Of a stretch of DNA of 64,000 nucleotides, positions 22,016-30,970 are shown one piece after another; position 1 is the first letter of the stretch; every line of letters begins with the position of its first letter. This stretch comes from Coleofasciculus chthonoplastes F2-STO-03 (GTDB taxonomy: Bacteria; Cyanobacteriota; Cyanobacteriia; Cyanobacteriales; Coleofasciculaceae), in NCBI GenBank assembly GCA_040222015.1, contig JAVJWO010000072.1, forward strand, positions 15,564-79,563, in the 5' to 3' direction. The notes under the pieces are model-generated. The model searched no databases. It was not told the DNA's origin and saw only the letters and a program-made list of their open reading frames with translations. The position numbers and the translations under genes were made by a program.

Positions 22016-22279
22016 CTACTGGACTGACACAGCTAAAATGGTGGAATAGATTTGACGTTTAACCCTGAATTTCGACAGGCTCAATTGCCGCGAAGTCGAA
22101 GGGTTAAACCGGGCGCACGCCGTGCGCCCCTACAATTCTAATCCACCAATTAAGGTGTGCCACGACACTACTGGACTGACACAGCTAAAATGGTGGAATA
22201 GATATTACCATTGAATCGGGCGCACGCCATGCGCCCCTACAATTCTAATTCATCTTGCTAAGGTGTGCCACGCCACTAC
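22016..22279. mobile_element. two tandem MITE-like elements separated and flanked by CTAC
   Basis: TGGACTGACACAGCTAA...GGTGTGCCACG(A/C)CA units at 22020-22167 and 22172-22275. Confidence 0.8.
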
Positions 22280-22327
22280 TTAACTTTAATCACTCATCGA
22301 ACCGAGACACTTCAGGGTGGATAATTT

Positions 22328-25054
22328 ATGAAAGAAGCCTTTATTTCTTACTCCCGGCGCAATAAGGAATTTGTATGGAAACTGCGGGAGGCATTTAAAA
22401 ACGCTAATCGTGAGGTTTGGGTGGATTGGGAAGGCATTCCCCTAACCGCTGATTGGCGACAAGAAATATACCAGGGCATTGATGAGTCCAATAACATGAT
22501 CTTTGTGATTAGTCCAGATTCAGTAGCATCCAAAGAGTGTGGTGTGGAAGTGGAATGCGCCCTGAAACAAAATAAGCGAATTCTGCCGATACTCTATCTG
22601 GATGTTGATCCAGACGCGATGCATCCAGAGATGAGAGAACTCCCTCAGATTGATTTTCGCGAGGGGACAAATTTTGAGCAAGCGTTTCAAGAACTGCTGC
22701 AAGCGATTGATACCAATAAAAAAGGAACCCAAGAACATACCCGCTTGTTAGTCAAAGCCTGGGAATGGGAGAAAAAAGGACGCAATAGTAGCCTTTTATT
22801 ACACGGGAGTGAACTGACATCAGCAGAATATTGGCTGGTGTGGAGCTGTGCAAAAATACCCTTCCCCACAGCCTTGCATCGAGAGTATATTGGGATGAGT
22901 CGGCAATGGGCAACCCGTCAGGCAAAACGGTCGATTATTGGGGTTAGTGTGGCGCTGGGTGTGTCTACTCTCTTAGGACTTGTCGCGTTCTGGCAATATC
23001 AGCGATCGCAAAAACTTTATGTGCAAGCCCAGCAAGAACAGCTTATTGTCCAAAGTACCACCTCCGACGCTTTATTTGTATCCCAACAAAAATTTCCTGC
23101 CCTCTTAGAATCCCTAGAGGCGGCTAAAACGCTGCAACAAGCCAACTGGGTTAGCCGAGATCCTCAACTTCATTCAACGATTTCCACGGCGTTACTTCAG
23201 TCTGTCTATTGGGTGAATCAATCCAACCAATTAGACGGGCATACAAATAAAGTTCGTAGCGTTAGTTTTAGCCCCGACGGTGAACGTATTGCCTCCGCCA
23301 GTAGTGACCATACGATTAAACTTTGGCAGCGAGATGGGAGTTTAATCAAAACCTTAGCAGGACATCGCGATCGCGTCCGAGAGGTCAGCTTCAGCCCTGA
23401 TGGTGAAATGATTGCCTCCGCTAGCCGGGATGGGACAGTAAACCTGTGGACAAAAGATGGGGCAAAGCTACATAGCATTAATGCCCATGATAATGATATT
23501 TACCACGTCAGTTTTTCCCCCGATAGCCAAATTATTGCCTCAGCCAGCCAGGATGGGACGGTAAAACTGTGGAGTCGAGAGGGTGAACTCCTCAATTCCT
23601 TAACTGGACATAATGCCCCAATTCTCAGTGTCAGCTTCTCGGCTGACGGTCAACGCTTGGCATCGGCTAGCGCTGATCAAACCGTGAAACTCTGGACAAT
23701 TGAGGGTGAAGAACTACAAACCCTGACAGGACACCAAGGAGAAGTCACAAGTGTGAGTTTTTCCGGGGATGGTCAACTCATCGCCACCGCCAGTCAGGAT
23801 AAAACGGCGAAACTCTGGACAATTGAGGGAGAAGAACTGCAAACGCTAACCGGTCACAAGGATGGCATCTGGCAGGTGACATTTAGCCCAGATAGTCAAC
23901 GCCTTGCCACCAGTAGTAAAGACAAAACCATCAAACTCTGGGATCGGGAGGGAACCCTACTCAATACCCTCACCGGACATAGCAGTCAGGTATTTGGTGT
24001 GGATTTCAGTCCAGATGGGCAAACTCTAGCATCAGCGAGTGATGACAAAACCGTGAAACTCTGGAAACTGGACAATCCTTTAGTCAAAACCTTCCCCCGA
24101 TCTGGTCGTAGTCCCAGTTTTAGCCCCAATGGGGAGTTAATCGCGATCGCATCCGAAATGAATGTCACCCTTTGGAGTCCAGACGGCAAGAAATTGAACA
24201 CCCTGTCTGGACATCAAAATTGGGTGCAAAGTGTCAGTTTTTCTCCCGACGGTGAAACCATTGCCTCAGCCAGTGATGACCAAACCGTGAAACTCTGGAC
24301 AAAAGACGGGAAAGAATTACAGACGCTAAACGGGCATGAGGGAATCGTCTGGACGGTACAATTTTCTCCCGATGGAAAGTATCTTGCCTCAGGGAGTCGA
24401 GATGGAACCGTGAAACTCTGGACTCCTGACGGCGAACTGGTGCAAACTCTCGAAGGTCATCAGGATATGGTCTTAGAAGTCCGCTTCAGCCCCGATGGTC
24501 AAACCCTCGCCTCCGCCAGTCAAGATGGCACCGTGAAACTATGGCGTCTAGATGGAGAGACGCGCCATGGCGCGTCTCTACAGACGATTGAAGGACATGA
24601 TGCCGCCATTGGCAGTGTCAGCTTCAGCCCCGATGGTCAAATCATTGCCACCGCCAGTGATGACCAAACCGTGAAACTGTGGACAACTGAGGGCAAGTTA
24701 CTTCAGACTCTGGAAGGACATCGCGATCGCGTTTATCGCGTCACCTTTCGACCCGATGGTCAGTTCCTAGCTACTGCCAGTTTAGACGGTACAGTGAAAC
24801 TTTGGACGCTTGATGGCACAGAAGTCGTTACCTTGAACGGACATCAAGCAGGCGTTGAACATCTCAGTTTCAGTTCCGATGGCAAAACCCTGGCATCTAC
24901 AGATAAAAACGACACCATGATTCTCTGGAATTTAGAGTATTTGGATGACCAATTACTCGACCATCTCATCGTAACCGGTTGTAATTGGGCAGGAGACTAT
25001 CTGCAAACTAACTCACCGTCTCAAGACATTTGTACAACAGACGGCAGTTCGTAG
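22328..25054 (+). CDS. TIR domain - TM - WD40 repeat protein
   Basis: FISYSR, SKECGVE, TM SIIGVSVALGVSTLLGLVAF, about 14 GH..SFSPDG..VKLW repeats. Confidence 0.92.
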   Translation: MKEAFISYSRRNKEFVWKLREAFKNANREVWVDWEGIPLTADWRQEIYQGIDESNNMIFVISPDSVASKECGVEVECALKQNKRILPILYLDVDPDAMHPEMRELPQIDFREGTNFEQAFQELLQAIDTNKKGTQEHTRLLVKAWEWEKKGRNSSLLLHGSELTSAEYWLVWSCAKIPFPTALHREYIGMSRQWATRQAKRSIIGVSVALGVSTLLGLVAFWQYQRSQKLYVQAQQEQLIVQSTTSDALFVSQQKFPALLESLEAAKTLQQANWVSRDPQLHSTISTALLQSVYWVNQSNQLDGHTNKVRSVSFSPDGERIASASSDHTIKLWQRDGSLIKTLAGHRDRVREVSFSPDGEMIASASRDGTVNLWTKDGAKLHSINAHDNDIYHVSFSPDSQIIASASQDGTVKLWSREGELLNSLTGHNAPILSVSFSADGQRLASASADQTVKLWTIEGEELQTLTGHQGEVTSVSFSGDGQLIATASQDKTAKLWTIEGEELQTLTGHKDGIWQVTFSPDSQRLATSSKDKTIKLWDREGTLLNTLTGHSSQVFGVDFSPDGQTLASASDDKTVKLWKLDNPLVKTFPRSGRSPSFSPNGELIAIASEMNVTLWSPDGKKLNTLSGHQNWVQSVSFSPDGETIASASDDQTVKLWTKDGKELQTLNGHEGIVWTVQFSPDGKYLASGSRDGTVKLWTPDGELVQTLEGHQDMVLEVRFSPDGQTLASASQDGTVKLWRLDGETRHGASLQTIEGHDAAIGSVSFSPDGQIIATASDDQTVKLWTTEGKLLQTLEGHRDRVYRVTFRPDGQFLATASLDGTVKLWTLDGTEVVTLNGHQAGVEHLSFSSDGKTLASTDKNDTMILWNLEYLDDQLLDHLIVTGCNWAGDYLQTNSPSQDICTTDGSS

Positions 25055-25239
25055 AGACGTTGCCTGCAACGTCTCTACAGATGGGGGAGATGAGGGAATT
25101 GTCGGGGCGGGTTTTACCACTAACGTTGGCTTTGCACCCTGATATAACTCGCGCCCGCCCCAACGGATTACCTGTATTCTGTAACAAAGGACGAATGACG
25201 AATAACCAAGGACGAATGACCAAGGACGAATAACAAAAC

Positions 25240-27984
25240 ATGGCTGACATTTTTATTTCCTACTCCTCCCCAGACAAAGAGGCAATTCAGAGAATCTGTG
25301 ATGCCCTGAACCAAGAGAACCGAAACATTTGGATTAACTGGCAAGAAAATCCTCTAACGCAGACTGAACCAGAAATAGAAGCCGCCCACACCTGTATTTT
25401 TTTTATTAGTCCCCACGCCATTCAATCGGAGTGCTGTACTCAAGAACTGGAGTACGCAATTCAACGCTGCAAACGCATTATCCCAATTGTGCTGCGGGAT
25501 GATCAACTCCAAGGCGTACATCCAGAATTAGCTAGGCTAAACTGGGTATTCTTCCGCGAAACCGATAATTTTAATGGGTCATTGGAGTCCCTTCTCAAAA
25601 CCCTAGATACCGATTTAGATCATATTAAGAAACATAGCCGCTGGCAACAACTGGCGAAAGAGTGGGATAAGAAACAACGCAATAACCACCTTTTACTCCG
25701 AGGAAGTGAACTCGAAGCTGCCGAACAATGGTTGACAACCAATGCGGAAATCGAACCCAAACCCACCCAACTTCAACGAGAGTATATTGATGCAGGACGA
25801 AAAGCCAGAACCCGTGGTCAAAGACGACTCTTGGCTGGCGTTAGTGTGGCGTTAGGCGCTTCGGTTATTTTAGGCGGAGTGGCATTCGGGCAATATTTAA
25901 GAGCAGAACGACTGCGGATGCTTGCCCTAACCGGGCAGATTATTAGCCACAGTAAAACAGCAGAAGCTTTGTTTGCTTCCGGTCAAGGCTTTGAAGCCCA
26001 ATTAGAAGCCCTGAAAGCGGGTCATAAACTGCAAACCGCGAACTGGACTCGTAATGATCCGTCATTAAACGCCACCGTAATCACCGCCCTCCATCACAGC
26101 TTGGCTTGGGGTAGAGAACGGAACCAATTAGAGGGTCATACGGACAGAGTATGGGATGTCAGTTATAGTCCCGATGGGGAATGGATTGCTACGGCGAGTA
26201 ATGACCAAACCGTAAAACTTTGGCGTCCAGATGGTACTTTAGTTCGTACCCTCACCGGACACAATCAGCAAGTCCGGGGCGTAAGTTTCTCTCCAGATGG
26301 GCAAACCCTTGCCAGTGGCAGTTTAGATGGGACGGTTAACCTGTGGAATCAAGAGGGAACCGTGATTAAAACCATCGCCGCCCATGATAATGCTGTCAAT
26401 AGCGTCAGGTTTAGCCCCGATGGTGAACTCCTCGCCACCGCCAGTGATGACCAAACTGTGAAACTTTGGCAGCTAGATGGCAGGTTGGTGGGTACTCTAG
26501 AAGGACATCAGGGTCAAGTGTATGGCGTCAGTTTTAGCCCTGATGGTGAAACCTTGGCGACAGCGAGTTGGGATGGTATGGTAAAGGTTTGGACGCTAGA
26601 GGGTGAAGAACTGTTAACCCTCACGGGTCATGACGCTGGCGTTACCGGGGTTAGCTTTAGTCCAGATGGGCAAATTATTGCCTCAAGTGGTGCAGACAAT
26701 ACAATCAAACTCTGGAGTCAAGACGGCAGGCTGATTGCCACGCTCAGGGGACATGATAGCCTAATCAATAGCGTGGTTTGGAGTCCCGATGGACAAACTC
26801 TCGCCTCCAGTAGTGATGACCAAACCGTGAAACTCTGGCGTTTAGATGTAGAGACGTTGCATGCAACGTCTCTACAACAGACGCTGACTGGACATCAGGG
26901 TGCGGTTTATGGGATGAGTTTTAGTCCCGATGGGCAGACGTTGGCGTCGGCGAGTTTAGATAAGAGTGTAAAACTGTGGCAACTGGGTGAACGTCAGCTG
27001 GTTGATACGCTTAAGGGACATCAGGATGCTGTTAATAGTGTCCGGTTTAGTCCCCAGGGGAATTATTTGGCATCGGCGAGTTCAGACAATACGGTGAAAC
27101 TCTGGCAAAGTGATGGGAAAGAGTTAGCGACGCTGCAAGAGAATAGCGATCGCGTCTATGATGTGAACTTTAGCCCCGACGGTGAGACGATCGTCACGGT
27201 GGGTGATGACAAACTCCTGCGCTTGTGGAACCGAGCGGGGAAACTCCTGAAGACTTTGCCAGGGGAAGAAAATCTAGAGGATAGACATCGCGATCGCATA
27301 AATCGGGTGAGTTTTTCTCCAGATGGTGAAACCATTGCCACGGCGAGTGAGGATGCGACGGTTAAGTTGTGGAATCGCGACGGAACCCTACTGAAAACCC
27401 TCAATGAACATAGTAGTGGCGTCAATGATATTAGTTTCTCCCCCGACGGTGAGATGATTGCTTCAGTTAGTGATGACAACACCGTGATTTGGGATAAAAC
27501 TGGCACAGTACTCTCATCATGGCAGGCATACGAGGAACCGATCAAAGCCGTGAGTTTTGCCCCTGACGGTGAGACGATTGCCACGGCTAGTGAGGATAAA
27601 ACGGTGAAACTCTGGAATAAAGACGGTGTTTTATTAAATACGCTTGAAGGTCATGATAATCCAGTTTATGCGGTAGCATTTTCTCCTGACGGTCAAACCA
27701 TTGCATCCGGAAGTTTAGACGGACAGATCAAACTCTGGCAACGTGATGGCACGCCAATTGTCACCCTTAAAGGGCATCAGGATGAAATCAGAGGGTTGAG
27801 TTTTCACCCCGATAAGCAATTGTTGGCATCTGCCAGTTTGGACAACAGCATCATTTTGTGGAATTTGGAGGATGTTAATCAAACTGTTCTGGATAATCTC
27901 CTGGTTCGCAGTTGTGACTGGGTAGGGAATTATCTGAAGACTAACCCCAATGTAACAGACCGCGATCGCGCCCTTTGCAACTAA
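25240..27984 (+). CDS. TIR domain - TM - WD40 repeat protein (paralog)
   Basis: IFISYS, SECCTQELEYA, TM segment, about 14 WD40 repeats. Confidence 0.92.
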   Translation: MADIFISYSSPDKEAIQRICDALNQENRNIWINWQENPLTQTEPEIEAAHTCIFFISPHAIQSECCTQELEYAIQRCKRIIPIVLRDDQLQGVHPELARLNWVFFRETDNFNGSLESLLKTLDTDLDHIKKHSRWQQLAKEWDKKQRNNHLLLRGSELEAAEQWLTTNAEIEPKPTQLQREYIDAGRKARTRGQRRLLAGVSVALGASVILGGVAFGQYLRAERLRMLALTGQIISHSKTAEALFASGQGFEAQLEALKAGHKLQTANWTRNDPSLNATVITALHHSLAWGRERNQLEGHTDRVWDVSYSPDGEWIATASNDQTVKLWRPDGTLVRTLTGHNQQVRGVSFSPDGQTLASGSLDGTVNLWNQEGTVIKTIAAHDNAVNSVRFSPDGELLATASDDQTVKLWQLDGRLVGTLEGHQGQVYGVSFSPDGETLATASWDGMVKVWTLEGEELLTLTGHDAGVTGVSFSPDGQIIASSGADNTIKLWSQDGRLIATLRGHDSLINSVVWSPDGQTLASSSDDQTVKLWRLDVETLHATSLQQTLTGHQGAVYGMSFSPDGQTLASASLDKSVKLWQLGERQLVDTLKGHQDAVNSVRFSPQGNYLASASSDNTVKLWQSDGKELATLQENSDRVYDVNFSPDGETIVTVGDDKLLRLWNRAGKLLKTLPGEENLEDRHRDRINRVSFSPDGETIATASEDATVKLWNRDGTLLKTLNEHSSGVNDISFSPDGEMIASVSDDNTVIWDKTGTVLSSWQAYEEPIKAVSFAPDGETIATASEDKTVKLWNKDGVLLNTLEGHDNPVYAVAFSPDGQTIASGSLDGQIKLWQRDGTPIVTLKGHQDEIRGLSFHPDKQLLASASLDNSIILWNLEDVNQTVLDNLLVRSCDWVGNYLKTNPNVTDRDRALCN

Positions 27985-28065
27985 TTAAAGGCAGAAGGCA
28001 GAAGGCAGAAGGTAGAAGGGAACCTGGCGCGTGTTCCTTCGCTTCGCTAGTCGGACATGATATTG

Positions 28066-28133
28066 TGTAGGGGCGGGTTTAGGGACTTTCTTTTGGCTAG
28101 GGATGATAACGTTTGTTCAAAACCCGCCCTGAC
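28066..28133 (+). repeat. family C REP-like element
   Basis: TGTAGGGGCGGGTTT..AAACCCGCCC; other copies at 37751-37815, 39982-40043 and 42246-42307. Confidence 0.8.
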
Positions 28134-28183
28134 ATGGCTTCTCAAGGGAGCGAGTATGACATAAGACATAAGACATAAGACCA

Positions 28184-29743
28184 TCAACTTCTCGGACGCC
28201 CTAGAGTAGTAATATAAAGAACCGCCTCATCCGGAGGAATCCCCAAAACCTCATTCACTTGCTGATCAAAGAACCCGCCAATACCACTTACCCCCAACCT
28301 TAAATAAATCGCCGCTAAATTGAGCCGTTGTCCCAAATGTCCCGCATCCAGATGCAGGTAACGATAAGCGCGATCGCCATACTTGGCGACAGCTTTTTTC
28401 AAGTCGGCTGTGTGAAAGAGAACCACACTAGCATCCCGCCCTAACTCTTGTCCTAAGCACAAATAATGTAATTCTCGGCGAAAGTTCTTAAAGCGGATTT
28501 GCCGCAATTCTTGAGCTTTTGGGGCATAATAATAGCAGCCTTCGTCTAAACCCATCACTCCTGAAATTGCCACAAAGGTTTCAATTAAACTCAGATCCAA
28601 ATAATCAGGAGAAGGTTCAAATCCTTGCTCGCTGTAGTGTTGGGGTTGGTAGGTGAAATCGAGGAGCAATTTAAGTTCATCTAAGGATAGCGGCGCACCA
28701 GTATAAGCGCGAGTTGATCGCCGTTTGAGAATCGTATTTTCCAAAGCTTGAGGCGCATATCCTTCCCTGGTAACACTACCCCATTGAATCGGTGATGTAG
28801 TCGTAGAGATTTTGGTGCAGAAGGGAAAATTATACTTGTCTTCACCTACCTTTTCTGACTCTGATTCCCCAGATGGTGGCGATTCGATTTCCTGCTTATC
28901 TGTCGGTTCAATTTGCGTCGCTTGATGCAGGTAAGCCAGCAATTCCCCATCAGGAAGTTCGGGATAGTCAAACTGCGTCGCTGACGGTAAAGCAGTGGGC
29001 TGAGAGGGGTTGCTTTGTCCCTGAAATTGATCCGCGAGGGGAACAACTGCGATCGCGCCTTCTTGTTCCGGGTTAAGATAAAGCAGATCATTCACCTTCT
29101 GATCGACAAAGCCACCAATCAGAGAGGGACGATACCCGGTTAACGCACCCGCGAGTTCAATATTGCCTAACAAATGACCCGTATCCAGAAATACTCGACG
29201 ATAGGCGCGGTCTTCATAGCGCCAAGCTGAACGATAAAATATAGCGGTGGTGATAATCGCCAGTTCTGTTGTCTCTAAGCTAGGATGCTGGAAACAAGCC
29301 TCTTTTAGCCCTGACCAAACCTCGCTATCCCAAAAACGCACTAGAGAATGGCTAGGACACTGATAGTTATACAGTCCTGGAGCTAATATAGAAGTCCCCC
29401 TGGAAATTAAATAGACTTCCGCCGGATACAATCCCCCGGCTGAAGGCGCCGCCCTTAAATAAACCGGAGGTCCAATCATAGTTGCCATCTTAGCCGTTAA
29501 GCCATAGCTGCACAAGAGCAACCGTGACAACCGCCACCAACTTTTACCGGGTTCCTGGGCGAACGCCTGGGGATCTTCTTTGAGATAGGGCTTCAGATCA
29601 ATGGTTGTTCCTAGTTTATACTCTTTAAAGGGTATCGGTTGATTGTCCCAGTCTAATCGCTTATTTTTGGACGCGATCGTCTCCGGATCATATTTGGTGC
29701 GCTCGTGATAATGTTGAGCAATGGATAATTGTGGGTTGGACAT
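28184..29743 (-). CDS. SagB/ThcOx family dehydrogenase (two nitroreductase-like domains)
   Basis: YHERTKY, LRAAPSAGGLYP, RRSTRAY, YRYLHLDAGH. Confidence 0.9.
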   Translation of the reverse strand: MSNPQLSIAQHYHERTKYDPETIASKNKRLDWDNQPIPFKEYKLGTTIDLKPYLKEDPQAFAQEPGKSWWRLSRLLLCSYGLTAKMATMIGPPVYLRAAPSAGGLYPAEVYLISRGTSILAPGLYNYQCPSHSLVRFWDSEVWSGLKEACFQHPSLETTELAIITTAIFYRSAWRYEDRAYRRVFLDTGHLLGNIELAGALTGYRPSLIGGFVDQKVNDLLYLNPEQEGAIAVVPLADQFQGQSNPSQPTALPSATQFDYPELPDGELLAYLHQATQIEPTDKQEIESPPSGESESEKVGEDKYNFPFCTKISTTTSPIQWGSVTREGYAPQALENTILKRRSTRAYTGAPLSLDELKLLLDFTYQPQHYSEQGFEPSPDYLDLSLIETFVAISGVMGLDEGCYYYAPKAQELRQIRFKNFRRELHYLCLGQELGRDASVVLFHTADLKKAVAKYGDRAYRYLHLDAGHLGQRLNLAAIYLRLGVSGIGGFFDQQVNEVLGIPPDEAVLYITTLGRPRS

Positions 29744-30113
29744 AGTTTTTTCAGGATAGTGTTTGCTCTAGCTTTTATCTAGAAGTTTTTAATATAACTA
29801 TCGTTATCCTAATTCGTAGCTGGTATATCTCGCCCATATACAGCATGGACGGGGTCGTTGACTTATGAGTTAATCATTTCCAACTTTGATAATAAAACAT
29901 TTCTACATAGAACACCAAGCCTACTTTCATGATTATAGGATAAAAAAATATCGTCGTTTGCATACCAAGAAACCCAGTTGATTAGCCTTGATTTTGAAGA
30001 CTTGACCGATACTCTCAAACCAGCTCTCTTTAATCACAAAAGCTTTTATTTGTCAATCTACATCAAGAATTAAATATAAATCTTGATAATCCTTAAAAAA
30101 AAATTAGGAAAAA

Positions 30114-30129
30114 TGTAGCTTTCGCTACA
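30114..30129. promoter_or_regulatory. putative NtcA box
   Basis: TGTA-GCTTTCGC-TACA, canonical GTA-N8-TAC upstream of the pentapeptide gene. Confidence 0.5.
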
Positions 30130-30233
30130 ATGCCTTACCCTTAATACAGGGTTTTAATCATAAATCTATAGTGACCTTATCAGGCAGATTAAATTGGGAA
30201 GAGGAAGAAGAACCTTCCAGAGTCACAGAGCAG

Positions 30234-30797
30234 ATGGAGAAGATTGGTAGAACAGAGTTACTAGCTCAATATGCTAAGGGTAGACGCGACTTCAGTGCGA
30301 TTGATATCAGTGAGGCAGACTTATTTGAAGCGGATCTACAAGGCATTAATTTGAATGGCTCTTACTTACAAAAGAGTTATTTGCCTTACTCTAACCTCAG
30401 TCAAGCCCAACTCCAACACGCTCAACTGCAAGCAGCTGAGTTGAGCGATACTAAATTATGCCAGAGTAATCTATCTCAGGCAAATTTACAACAAGCGAAT
30501 CTATCACGGGCAACATTACGTCGTGCCAATTTACGGGGTGCTAATTTAGCCTATACCAACTTGCAAGGGGCTGATTTAGGCAATGCTGATCTAAGGGATG
30601 CCAATTTGAATTATGCTAACTTAAGCGGTGCTAATTTAACTCGGGCAAATTTAAGTCAAGCTAAGTTAAAGGGAGCAATTTTTTTTCGCAGCCATAATGT
30701 TGATTTTTCTAATGCTTATGTCGATTGTTCAACTATTTATCCAGATGGACATCGACATGATTGTAAAGCATCGCCAGGAAATCAATTTCCTGGCTAA
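30234..30797 (+). CDS. pentapeptide repeat protein
   Basis: ELLAQYAKGRRDF N-cap followed by A(N/D)L repeats. Confidence 0.9.
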   Translation: MEKIGRTELLAQYAKGRRDFSAIDISEADLFEADLQGINLNGSYLQKSYLPYSNLSQAQLQHAQLQAAELSDTKLCQSNLSQANLQQANLSRATLRRANLRGANLAYTNLQGADLGNADLRDANLNYANLSGANLTRANLSQAKLKGAIFFRSHNVDFSNAYVDCSTIYPDGHRHDCKASPGNQFPG

Positions 30798-30970
30798 AAG
30801 CTAAAGTAAGCTAAAGCTTACTATATTTAATGTTCCCAGCCATTTTAGCCTTTTATATAAAAATATAAAAAATCAGCTTAAAAATTATAAATCATCATTA
30901 ATGTAACAAATAATTGATAATGACTCCAAAGTCTCGAAGAAGTAAGGAATTAAAATTATCTATGTAGCTC

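Noticed and set aside
21943..22328. Possible CRISPR array
   Set aside because: Only two ~100-150 bp MITE units are present, with no constant repeat with unique spacers and no cas genes in the window.
28184..29743. RiPP (azole) biosynthetic cluster around SagB/ThcOx
   Set aside because: No YcaO cyclodehydratase, precursor peptide or transporter is nearby; stand-alone copies are common in cyanobacteria.
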